From the NCBI GenBank assembly GCA_964658305.1, contig OZ210885.1:8370001-8434000 (forward strand): a stretch of 64,000 bases of DNA, written 5' to 3'. Source of the DNA: Leptogorgia sarmentosa. Its lineage: Eukaryota. The notes under the pieces were generated by a model, which saw only the letters and a list, made by a program, of their open reading frames with translations, did not search any database and was not told the origin of the DNA. Below are positions 42,001 to 54,000 of the stretch, one piece after another. How positions within the stretch are numbered: position 1 is the first letter of the stretch; each line of letters begins with the position of its first letter. The position numbers and the translations under genes were made by a program.

Positions 42001-45000
42001 GTTTCTCTTGCACGTTGGCACAACACACCTCACTTCTTTGAAACCAGAACTGAAACTTCTGTCTCGTCTTCGTCTTTGTTTGTCGTCATCACCCTTTTCA
42101 GACTTGTTTGTTCCAAGACCACCAGTTTCTTCCTTGGCCTCGTCCATAATTTGAACCCTAAGCTCAACCCATTCGACTAGGGTCTCAAATGTGTCCTCTT
42201 TGGAGTGCTCCATAAGCCATGCTTTATAACGCTGTACGTCTTCTTCGGTTAATTTTTCCTTACTTGTCATATTTAGACTCTGCCCCAGTAGATCTCCCTG
42301 TGAACTACAGGTGTCCTTTAGTACAATTAGTGTTCTGTCCAACACATTTGAGAATTCTTCTAACTCCTTCAGATTTTTCTGCTGCAATTTCTTCCAATTC
42401 TTCAAGACGGTTAGAGTCTTGATTTGAAGCCTCCGTTGGCCCCCGTATTTCTTTTCTAATTTTTCTTTAGCTCTGTCATATGCGTTGATGGTAAATCCTA
42501 GATCTTTAACCAATTTGAGTGCATTCCCTCTCAGGCTGCTTTGTAAACGTAACATTTTTTCATTCACGGGCATATTTGTTTGGTCAACGGCAGACATAAA
42601 TGCAGCTTTCCATTGTTCATATGCTGTTTTGTCTTCACCATCAAATGTTGGCAAGTCCACACCTTTCAATTTAATAGGTGCCACCCATTGTGGCGCCTGA
42701 ATGTTAAGGCTAGTGCAGGTAGGAGAAGGTTGCCATGTGGATGGAATGTGAGTAGGTTGTGCTTTCATAATTCTGTTAGGTTCCGGGTTATGCTGAGGTA
42801 TGTTGGCCATAACACGTAAGCTATCAGTTGTAGCTTGCTCAGTAACCTCTCTACATAAATTGTTATGGTCGCTTAACTCTGAATCTGGAACAGGGTGTTG
42901 AGGGAACTGGGTTGGGGTTCTCATAGAATCGGGCTGAACTGGATCTTTGCCCTCATGATGTCGTAAATACTTATTTGTGATAAAGGGTGGAAAACCTGGT
43001 TCCAAAACTTGATGCTGTGATTGGCTTCCAAGATTTTTGTCAAGCTGAGGAGGAGAGTCGGTGGGATCTGGGGCTTGTTGAAGTAATTCACTTGGGTATG
43101 GTGGGTTAGTGGCGTCTGGGACTTGTTGTAGTATGCTCGTGGTGAATGTTTCTACAGACTGATTTAAATTTTTTGAAGGACTGCTTATCTGCGATCTAGT
43201 GTTAATGATGGATGCAATCTTACTTGCTTCGGTCGTTCTTTGTTTTGCCAGTTCCAGCTCTGCTCTCTTTTGATGAAGTTCTTCTTCTTTTTTTCTTTCT
43301 TCTTCTTGGAGTTCCATTATCCTTCGATTGGCTTCATCTATATCTGATTGTTGTTGATACTCGTACTCCGATTGTAATGAGCCGCGACTTTTCGTTGACT
43401 CGTCCCAGTCCACTGAACGAGCTAGTGATTCTATTTCTCCTTGCTCTAACCGGTCTCTTAAATGTATATCTGCAGTTTCAATAATATTATCTACTTGTTC
43501 CCCGATTTCTTCAATCTCTTTGTCTAACTTTCCAACTTCTACTTCATTCTCTTCCTCATTGTCAAAAATATATAGTTCCTTTAAGTTGTTTATTAACTTC
43601 TCTATAATGTTAAACTCCGATTTTATATTATTTATACAGCGCCTAATTCCGTTCTTACTCGCAGTTTTCACTGATATCATCTCCTGTAATTTGTTTCTTC
43701 GTCTTGTTAATCTTGCTTTCGCGTTCTTCTTTTCTCGTTTTAGTCGTTCTAATTTCTGTAACGTTTCCGCCATCGTGGATAATTTTGAAGCTTTTACTTA
43801 ACTTTTATGCTTAAATTCGATAAAGGGATCCGGCTCGAAGGACCAATTGTTCTCCCCAACTGGAGAAGTATTGCCGGTTCAAGACAAATACAAAAAATAA
43901 AACCTCCAACACGGTTCTAGACAAAAAATATAATAATAAACCTCCAACACGGTTTTTTAACATTGCTCATCCCCTTTTGAGCCCGCGAAAATGTCAACAT
44001 ATACTTCATGTAAATATGTTATTATTGACTGTCCGTAACACCTTTCAAAGTATGGAGGTGATCCGCGTAAGTTTCTTAAAACTCTAAATCCTTCATCCAA
44101 ATTTATTAACTTGTTGACACAACTTTCTGATTTTAAAATTTTAACTTTAGTTTTACAGTTACGCAATGATAAATTGCACTTCCTTGAAATTGCCTGATCT
44201 GTAATTTCTTTAGTTCGTTAAAAATGTTTGGGACAGACTGCGCGAGTTTTCTATCTTTGCTTCGCAATCCCATCTACATATAGTGCTATAATGAACAAGC
44301 ATTCCTTCTCCTGGTGCAAAACGTATTATTCTGTCACCATCTTGGGTAATATCGGTTTCTTGTAATAATGTATCATAAGACCTGATGACCGTTCAGTCGC
44401 TGCACACCACTCATCATCTGTATCATCATCAATCAAGTCATTCTCTCAACTACTTCTTGACCGTGAGCGTTCACATTTTCTGAAGTGTTCATTCCATCCA
44501 TGGAAGTAATTTGCCACCACTCCTCTTCATTATTATCCACTTGATTTGATACATAACTGTCCATTACTTGTATTCCTTCGTTTTTAAATAATTCACTGGT
44601 ACGAACGAAGAATTGACTGAGCTGCTTCTGAAATTTTACTAATAGTATTCTGAAATTGGTAATGGTGCAAATACTAATACCTTTTAAGACGTGAGGTTGG
44701 GCGTGGTTAAAACGTGAGACGTACTCAATACTTCATATAAGCTTTCATGACTATGGCGCATTCCGGAATCCGCGCGATCATATCAAATTGCATAAGGAGT
44801 TGAAACTTGACGACATATGATATCGCATGTCATTGGGTCTTTAAAATAGAGACAGCGCTTTGCGATTGTTTGAGAAAAATGTGGCTCTCTAAAAACCAAA
44901 TTTACTCTTTTCAAAACCATATTATAATAATATATTTATATACACTATGTTCTGTCCATTCATGCAGCATTTGCCTGGACGCTGAAGTGTATGATCGGTA

Positions 45001-48000
45001 TGTGTGTAGGTTCAAAACAGAATATTTTAAACTATATACGATTTCGTTTGTTTTGTCTCGCGCTTAATAAACGCACAAATCCATTTTATTACATGCTACA
45101 AAATCTATTTTCCTGGGATTGAGAGTTTCAACCATTCTGTGCGGCAAATTGATACAATTGTCGTGAAAAGGATATCAATTTTGTGTGCGTAATACAAAAA
45201 TATACAAATTTTGAAAACTTCACAGGGGTATATTCCTCGCATTTTATACCATTTCGCAACCAAACTCTGCAATCTTACTAACTTTGGAATGCTCTTTAAC
45301 GCTGTTATTTTGAATTGTATATTATTTCGAGGTTTTTGAAAATTTTCTCTATTATGTAAGCGGTCCATTGACGCCCTTTTTACAATGCCAGGAAGCATAA
45401 AACATCGCTTCGCAAAACAAAAGTAGAAAGACTGTTAAAGTTCTGTGAATTCGTAAAGCACCGATCTCATGCTTAACACCAAAAAATACTTTACTCCAAT
45501 ACAACAGAACGTTACTTCCTACAGTTTTGTAAATTCTTAATATTATTGATTATTTAATGTCTAACTGAATTTGATTCCAATCTCCAATAATATATGGTGT
45601 GGGTGAATGACAGTCACTGTGAAAATTGACGGATCGCAAGCATACTTTGTGTGAATCATGGGCGTGTATTACCCATGGAGACGCATCATATTATGTAAGA
45701 ACCGCGTATACATACGAACTAGCTGGTTAACAACAGAGAATCTTTGTTTTCGGATAGCATGCCTAATGGAGTATTTATAAAGATAGGCATAACATTCATG
45801 AAGTAATACTTCGCGTTATATAGTGTGGTACCAATCCAAAACAATTGCCATTCATCTACATGCAAGCGTACTTGGGCAGTGGTGGTAGCCGTTTCGATGT
45901 ATCGAGCAAAGACCCTTAGTCGTTAATTAGTAGTTGAGTCGGGGGAAAACACAAGGGTTTTTATATTAGTGAATATATGGAAACCAAGTAAAAACCAATC
46001 GGATGGATTTGATACACCAGTTTTCGAAAGCCTTCGCCAGAAATGTGGACTCTTACGTATCGTGTAGGCAGTGAAACAAAATTTAGCAAAAAAAGAAAGT
46101 AATTACCTAACAGCTGTGGACCAATAGAATGCAAATTCTTCTCGATAACCGCGAAAGACCGCATCAACGACGTCTTGAGCAGTTCGATTTCTTTCGAGGG
46201 CTGGTCCAGAAAACGAAAATCTGACATTAAGAAGGGGAGATCGAATTGATTCACCTTTTGATAAAGCCAGTCAAAATTGAAGAACAGTTTATGTAGTTCA
46301 TCAAATTGCTCGGAGGAGTGGAGGTGATAGGTCAGGTACTTGAAATAATAATCCTTGTTGCCTTCAAATTTTCCCCAATCACCGTTCTCGCAATGACCAC
46401 GAAGTGCCTCCACGAACAAACACTGGACAGAACTTAGTTTGCCTCCCATTTTTGCACGTGCAAAACCCAAAAGGAGATCGTGGAGACGGTAGGTCTTCTT
46501 TCCATGTAAATCAGATCCTGAAAATTAGCGTCATAAGGCGAATTTCAATTATTAAGTGTAAAATTTTGGTTCGTGATCGCTTTCTTTTGAAATGCTTGCA
46601 ATTTAATGTTAATGAGAATCGTTGACTGTTTGTATTTCAAAATAAAGCGTTCGCTAAAAGTCGATCGCGCGCCATTTCGCACTGAATTAAATTCTGCCGT
46701 TAGAGAACATAGTCACATATGGTGATTCGAAACGTTTTTGTACAGGACACTAGAGCAGTCTGGGACTGCAGTCAGGCTATAGTACAGTAATTTTTCAGAT
46801 TTAGTATACTCCAGGGCGATGGAAGTATTTTCCATTCAATTCCATTTGTTACTCATCTAGCAATGCCAGAGGAAAACACGGAAAATATTGGGCAAATGAA
46901 CGGGCAAATTTGGCTTGCCCACATATGAGTCAACATATGATTATAGCTGAAAATTAATTTCCTTAGGCTTGTTTGCAATTGACGTTGGTTTGATTAAATG
47001 TTCAGCCTAACAACGTGTTGACAGTTAATATACAGCTTTCGCAAAAGGAGCTGTAGTAAAAAAATATTTCAGAAACTTCTCGTCGTAAGCGTGAATTTCA
47101 TTTCATTATGGTGCATGAAGCAACAGACAAATTTAGCGATCGCAAAAGTTCAAAAATAAGACAACAAGCACAAAACTAACATCATAGTTGGAAACAGCGT
47201 GCTGAAATTAGTATGAAAGCAAAGTTTGAAGAATAGAAATGATAAAATGGGGAAATTGTGCCCATGCAAATTTAGCACAATTTACATACTATTTATGACG
47301 CACAAGTAAGTTAATACACATTATCGTCTGAAATGGATATAATTTACTTTGTGCTGATAAAATAGTACACAAAATGAATGTGTCTGGCAATGATATTCCC
47401 ATTTTATGACATTTCTTCTTTAAACTTAGCAATTATGGTAATTTTTGCACGCTGTTTCCAACTGTGGCGATAGATTTTTGTCTATTATCATGCACCCTGT
47501 CTTCATTTACCTTGTTGAATCATCGACTTCTTTTCGAGCTCATCAAGTATACGTCTTCCTTCACGACGGCTGCACGAAGTTCTTCCGGCTACTTTGGAAG
47601 ACCAAAACAGCTCAAGAATGTCTAATGGTACATCCGTATCTTCTGGAAATAAAGCGAAATCTAGAAACTTTTCTCGTATTTCTTCGTCCAAATGTTGAAA
47701 GCTGGCGTTAATGGCTGTTAAGACGTTATCGTAAGGATAAGCTTTGGCGGGATATATTGAACGTAATTTTACCAAGTCTGCTTTTTTGAGGTCATTTAAA
47801 ACGTCTTCCCAGTCTTGTTCGTCGCGAGTGTCGGCTAAACTTGAACCCACAAGGGACAGAGCTAGCGGTAGATCGCCACAATGGTTTAACATTTCCTCTA
47901 TAATTCGCCGCATGTTTGAGCTAAACTCGGACTGCTCGTCCTCGGTGACTTGGGCGCTTTGATACAAGAGCTTGTAAGATCCAGTCCGTTTTAAAAAATT

Positions 48001-51000
48001 GAGTTTATACAAAGCAGAACCTCGTAAACCGCGAACAACTTCAGAATTCCTTGTAGTTATTAATAATTGGCATTTTCCAGAGAGATGATCAAATACAGAA
48101 GCGTGGTTTACACTCCAAACATCATCAAGAATCACCAAGCAATCTTTTTCACTCTGCAATACATACAAAACTGCTTTACATACTGTCGCTGTGCTGATGC
48201 TTATCGAGTTTCTTGTCGCATTGGTAAGATCATAGGCGTACGGGCACATTTTTTTGGGTGGGGCTGGGCTGAATTTGCCCGAATTACATGACGTCATAGA
48301 TTTCATGACGTCATCATAATATTATATAATCTGAGAATACTATAAATGAAAAGCTTTCCTTTGAAGATATAAAAAGAAATATGTCGTCCCTAGCCATTTC
48401 AATTATAAGCTAAATATATTCATTACGATTTACAGAGAAAGAGAAAGTTACTAGCGTAACAACATTTTATCTAATCACCAGACCGTCGCTGCCCGAATGA
48501 CAAGACAATTTTTGCCCGAATAGATGAATTCTCAAAAAATTCGAGGGGGCTGCAGCCCCCCCAGCCCCCCCCCCCCCCCCCCCCCTCGTACGCCTATGGG
48601 TAAGATTAACTGGATCGAAGCTGAAGCAACGTTGCCACTGCTTCAGAATTATCAATAGATGGGTAGCCAACCGGTAATTGGAGAAGGCACAATCATATAT
48701 CCGCGTTTACAAAGTTCAAAGACACTAGATTTCGAAAAAGTCATTAAGAATACGAATATACATGAATATGATCCCCGCGCATTATCGGGCTATGTATGGT
48801 ACTGATTAAAAGGGCGACCCTCACCTAGTGTATCGTCGTCTTTGTCATAGGCATACTGTAAGTGGTGAAAAGCTTACAGTGTGTTCGTTACTTTGCAACG
48901 AAAAAACCTGATATCCATCTCATCACGCTAATCACTTTCTCGGTTTTCCTCTTATGGCGGAATCAGTGGGAGTTTACATAACGCGCTATTTGCATCACCA
49001 GTAACGTAACAATGATTTTGTGTAATAACGCATCATGAGTATTACAAAAAGTTAAAATAATACACACATACCGTGTTTGCTGTGACCCAGGATTGCGCTG
49101 CCCGGATGTCAGTGAACGAGGCTTCGCCACCAAGAACTTTTATGAGCAGGTTAATGAGTGATAAGCAGTCAGGAGTTTCTCCAATGTCAAGCCATATTAC
49201 CTGACGAGATTCATTGGCAGCCCAAGCGACAGCCAGAGCTAAGATGGTCTTACCCAGACCCCCCATACCACGAATACCAACGACGTCGCCGCTACGATTC
49301 CCGACCACACCAACTCGATTATTTCCTTGTGTAAGTAGTTTCAATATGTCGTTCACTTCTGATGGTCTTTCCACCATGTCACGAGGTAGATTGCGTAATC
49401 CATACGCAACTACAATACAAAATAAACGGAATATGTCTAATATCTACAATCCCGTGCCAAAATGAGACTTTAGCTACTTCAAACATTTTTCTCATATTCA
49501 CACATGAATTTAACCAGATCTTCTTCAATTGGTTTTAACATTCCCCCCAGTGGCGTAACGGAGGGGTGTCATGGTGTCCAGTGACAGGGGGCCCCCGAAC
49601 TTTAGGGGCCCCCGACAAAATGAACATAAAAAATTGATAGCACATTTCTGGGGAATTAAAATACGAAAAACAGGCAGATAGGCAGGTGCCGGTGGAGTTG
49701 CCTATTAATGTGATTATGTTATCATTATGCAAAAAACAAAAATACTACGCAGCCTGCAACCTCCTGGTTTCCTCCCACAGAGGAGGGACAGGGACTTTTT
49801 AATAATTGGGAGTTATGGTGTATCCGTTACGGCGTTACCTGTTCTTTGGAAGAGAGAAGCGAAATTCATTAAATTCAAATTCGGGTTCGAGTCTATTCTG
49901 TAACAAAGTGAGGTTTGCCGTTGTGTAGACATAAGTGGTAAATTCAGCCTATTAATTAGTGGAGCAAAGGGGGCCCCAAAGTAGTCGACTGTCGGAGGGC
50001 CCCCAGAGGTTGCGTTCCGTCACTGATTTCCCCCCTTCCCCCTTTAACAATTCTGCCTCGACGGATCTTTTTGAGCAAACCAGATGGCGTGATATCGTTG
50101 TTACAAGATTGTTTCAGGGGGGAATGGGGGACAAGTAGTCAGTCTGAACAATTTTTGCACGCGATTGATCCCGTGCAAAAATAATGAGACTTTTTCTCAT
50201 TTCATCAGGTGGCAAATATAAGAAATTTCTGAAATCCAAATCTGACCTATTCTCACATGGAATCATGCTGACCTTCAAAAATAATGTGGCAGATAACTTA
50301 AAAGAACTGTTTGTTGATATTTACTCAATGAACGAGGTCAATCCGACGAATAACATAAGCTTTCAACCTGGCTCTTTGAGAAAAGACAAATTGTTGCATG
50401 GCGAACAAATCATGTCCGGAGCTGATGGAAGAGTCATAGAGCGTGATAGTGCTAAATCTGAATGCGAGGTAGTAACACATACTTCGGACATTTCAAATCT
50501 TGAAGAACTACAGGAAATTGTTGACCGATCTCATGAAGTGTGTTGCCCCGAAGTGGCAACATTAACGTGTCCGTTGAAAGAATTGATTTTTATAAAAAGC
50601 AATTCTAGTCTGTTGGAAAAGACCCCCTTGTTTTTTAACAAAATTCTAATTTAATTTGTTTTTGTTGATTCCACATATATAAGTACCCAAGCAATGTGTA
50701 AGTAACCAAAAACGTTTTACCTTAAGCCGCTTAACGAAGTTGAGAGCGATTTAAAAATTGTCTTTTGATACATCCTGTATATATTAACGTAACATTTTAG
50801 TTACGCTATCTCGTGCCATTGTCCATATTTTAAAAGGCATTGCATGTTAATTGCTCAGGTGATTAGAAATATATTTTGATTTGCTGACTTTATAAAATGC
50901 CGTGAATCTCATTATTTTGAGCCGTGTTGAAATTAAAAACTACTGCATTGTGGTGCATACGCATCTATGCAAGTGTTTGTTGGAAATATTAAATCTGTGC

Positions 51001-54000
51001 GTTATTCTTTGAGAGTGAGCAGAGCTTTTGCTGTTTATTGATGTTGTTATCCGTTATACCTAAACTGTAGCTACTGTTTGAAACATGTTATCATGAATTT
51101 ATTAAACTTGTTGTCACGAACTATTCCAGAGGGGGAGAAGAAATATGAATTACAGGGTCGCAGGGCTTGCCCATGCATAGAAAGTTGCCATTGAATATAG
51201 AATAAAATGTTTGCATGCTACAAAGATATAGATGAAAATTAACATAAGAGTGCAATAGAATAAAACGTATGATACAATTACGCTCTTCCTGTTCTATTAT
51301 ACTTTCGCAGGTTGGAACTTGTACACAAAAATCTTGTATAAAACTTATCAGGAACTTTTCACAACAACATTCGATCCCGATTTACCCTGTACTTATTAAT
51401 ATATTCTTTAGATAGGACGTCTCCTTGTCAATCCTAATTTTATCTATTTAAATGCTTGTATAAAAATATTATAATAGTTACCCTAGTAGTTTGTATATTT
51501 TTGTGCATTGGATCCAGTTCCGATCCAATCTCGTGTATTTATTATGTTTGTTACTGAATTAAATTCAATATCATAAATCAAAATGATAATGAGGCACTTT
51601 AGGACATAAATCAAGAGAAGGAGCATTTAACTACAATAAGCAACATTTAAGCATTCTTGTCGCAATTGAGCTGCGTCAACTTTTCACGAGCGTTTTTTAT
51701 TTTGCTGTGACCTACGCAGTTAACCCGCCCAACATTAAAATTCAATTTTAGTGATGATGAGTGCGACAGCGCGTACTGCACTGCCAATGCTTTCGGATTC
51801 CCACTAAATCTGGGAAGTGTTAGAAGACATATTGCATTCCTGTTGCCGTTTACTCTAACGAGATATTTTCCTACAAGAAATTCTTAGAAACAGAACGTTG
51901 AAGACCGGGAAGGTTCCTGGGGGGACAAATTTTGAAAATTGAATGGCTGCCTGATACTCTGTAAATTTTCCTGCATAATATAATCTGCATAAATAGATTC
52001 CCATCTTTCCTAGTTAATTGAAACACTACCTTTTTTCTCTGCAAAATCTGAATGCTCCGTCCTCGGCTTTTTCTGACGACATTCGATTTCATCTGTTTTC
52101 TCCGCCAGACGTTTAAGCTCCATTGAATTCTCAGCTGCAGACCTTTCAACCTCTGTAATTTTGCGAAGCAGTGTGGATTGTATGTTATCGAGTTTCTCCA
52201 TCACTGGATTTATCTGAATTGATAAAATTGATTTAGTAATATTCAATTTACGGGCTGAAACAAATCTGAAATCACTCTCAACTTCACAAAGCGGTTTAAG
52301 GTGTGTGATGTAATAATAGTTTATGGTTTCGAGTGCAATTTGAAAAAAACATGCACGAGTGAGTTTTTCAAAGACATTCAAATTGCACGAGTCCAAAGGA
52401 CGAGTGTAATTTGAAGTCTTTGACAAACTCACGAGTGTATGTTTTTCCAAATAGCATGAGAATTTAAGTAGATTTTACTTGTCTCGCTTTGTTCGACCGC
52501 TAATATACGGAGATGTTTTGCTTGTCCACCGAGCACTTGCTTGAACGAAGAGAAATCTCTGTCTCGTATTATAAAAAGGTTGTCATCATCGACTGCTGTT
52601 AATATCACTTTTAAGCTGTCTGCTTCATATTCATCGCCGTTTCTTTTTTAATTCACAGTTTTCGTTCAGCATAAAAAGAATCGAGCAAAATATATAATCT
52701 AACACCTCTTGCGGAATATTTTGTACTCGCGCTGTATTTTCTTTTCAATGCACCACTTTCTCCGCACAATCAACCACAAGAATAGATATCTTTCCTGGTA
52801 TTTTCATTTTTCAAACTATTTTTAAGCCCCTCTATCATTTGTCTGTTGCCAAAAAATCTAGAGGCAGCCATTTTTTCATCCTCGAATAATTTCATATTTT
52901 GTTATTGTTCGCCAGAAATGGCTTAATCTGATTGGATAGCTTTGTAATCTCAGCCAATCATAGGACATTAACATGAATTTTCTTTTTTGGCACTGTATTT
53001 CCTTAAAATTGCACTGCTCTCAGCCAATCAGAATCGAGAATTTTTTTCATGTATATTAGATTAGAGATTAAGATGAGACAATATATATGAGCCGAGGACG
53101 ACCTGACAAGTAAAGAGGGCAGGGCCACAAGGATTCGAGAAGAATTAGTTGGAATTGAAAGCGTGTATCGAAAACAATGAATCTTAGGTGACTGAAAACA
53201 ATGAATCTTAGGCGAGATGAGTAAAGTAAAATTGTTAGTTCTTGAATGAAAAAAAGGTGACGAAGAGTAACTAGCGTGGGGTGAACTAAGCTCCAAAACT
53301 GAAAAGAATCAACTGCGGTCTGATATCCTGAAGTTTAAAGACAGTCCTTCTATATTTGGAGCTAGTGCTTTGGCAAACTGAAAATAAAACTCCCAGTCGA
53401 TAAACGATGGAGTTATAACTCTCGCCCAGCAAAGGCGAGAAACCGAAGCCAGTCGCTTATAGAGTTAATTCCCAAATTAAATAGAATTACTGAAGAACTT
53501 CAAGGCAATTACCGAGCAAGTCAAGAATCCTAGGGACAGAAACTACGCATTGTGGCTAGCTAAAGAGAGAAGACGGAAACTCTGTGGACTTGTTTTGTTT
53601 GAACAGCGACGCACGCCCGTGTTCTTAACCGTCTGAGCTTTATCAATATTTTCCTGACTTTAATGGTTGGGATTTTAGGGAAAGGGAAAATTGCTTCGCC
53701 GATCTTTTACGAGCTACCCACATGCGTACCTATTTTTTCCTCTCTTATAAATTGGCCCTTTTTTCTCAAAATTTTCGAATTGCCATCGAATAATTTTTAC
53801 GTCACTGTGAGGACGAAATATTCCAATGCTTAGTCGACACAGATGTAAAGTCGAATACGAGTTAAAAGTTTTGTGACGACATTATACATAAGGTCTATTG
53901 AAATCTGATATGCAAGTTTCCTAGTTTGTAAACTTTTCAGAAATTTATAGTTCAACGTTGGAATAGCAATTTTGCAAGGAAAAATAATTGTTATCTATCA

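Larger units (their letters stand above)
37335..44040 (-). mobile_element. Full-length BEL/Pao LTR retrotransposon (6.7 kb, disrupted)
   Basis: 193-bp TG...CA LTRs and 5-bp TSD CCTTT (37330-37334, 44041-44045). Domain order gag-PR-RT-RH-IN with three Cys/His knuckles. Confidence 0.96.
36840..44690 (-). mobile_element. Degenerate Helitron/Helentron Rep-helicase remnant, split by the LTR element
   Basis: The flanks rejoin as LRNLRGSPPYFERC/KKDVFAMIRELGNP...AETQW...KDPVTYARNF...VEF..RGSPHIHGL (HUH motif). Outer ends are approximate. Confidence 0.85.

Noticed and set aside
38242..43801. Numerous + strand ORFs over the retrotransposon
   Set aside because: Antisense shadows of gag-pol with no motifs.
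37335..44040. Apparent paradox of near-identical LTRs but four coding lesions
   Set aside because: One mismatch in 193 bp is compatible with several mutations over ~6.3 kb, so no special explanation is needed.
48154..48306. N-terminal extension of ORF 47503-48306 (MKSMTSCNSG...)
   Set aside because: Intronic read-through that runs into a hAT-like MITE; the true exon starts at 48153.
50483..50507. Possible 25-nt micro-exon with AG/GTATGT boundaries
   Set aside because: It would break the frame between exons 3 and 4, which already join in phase.
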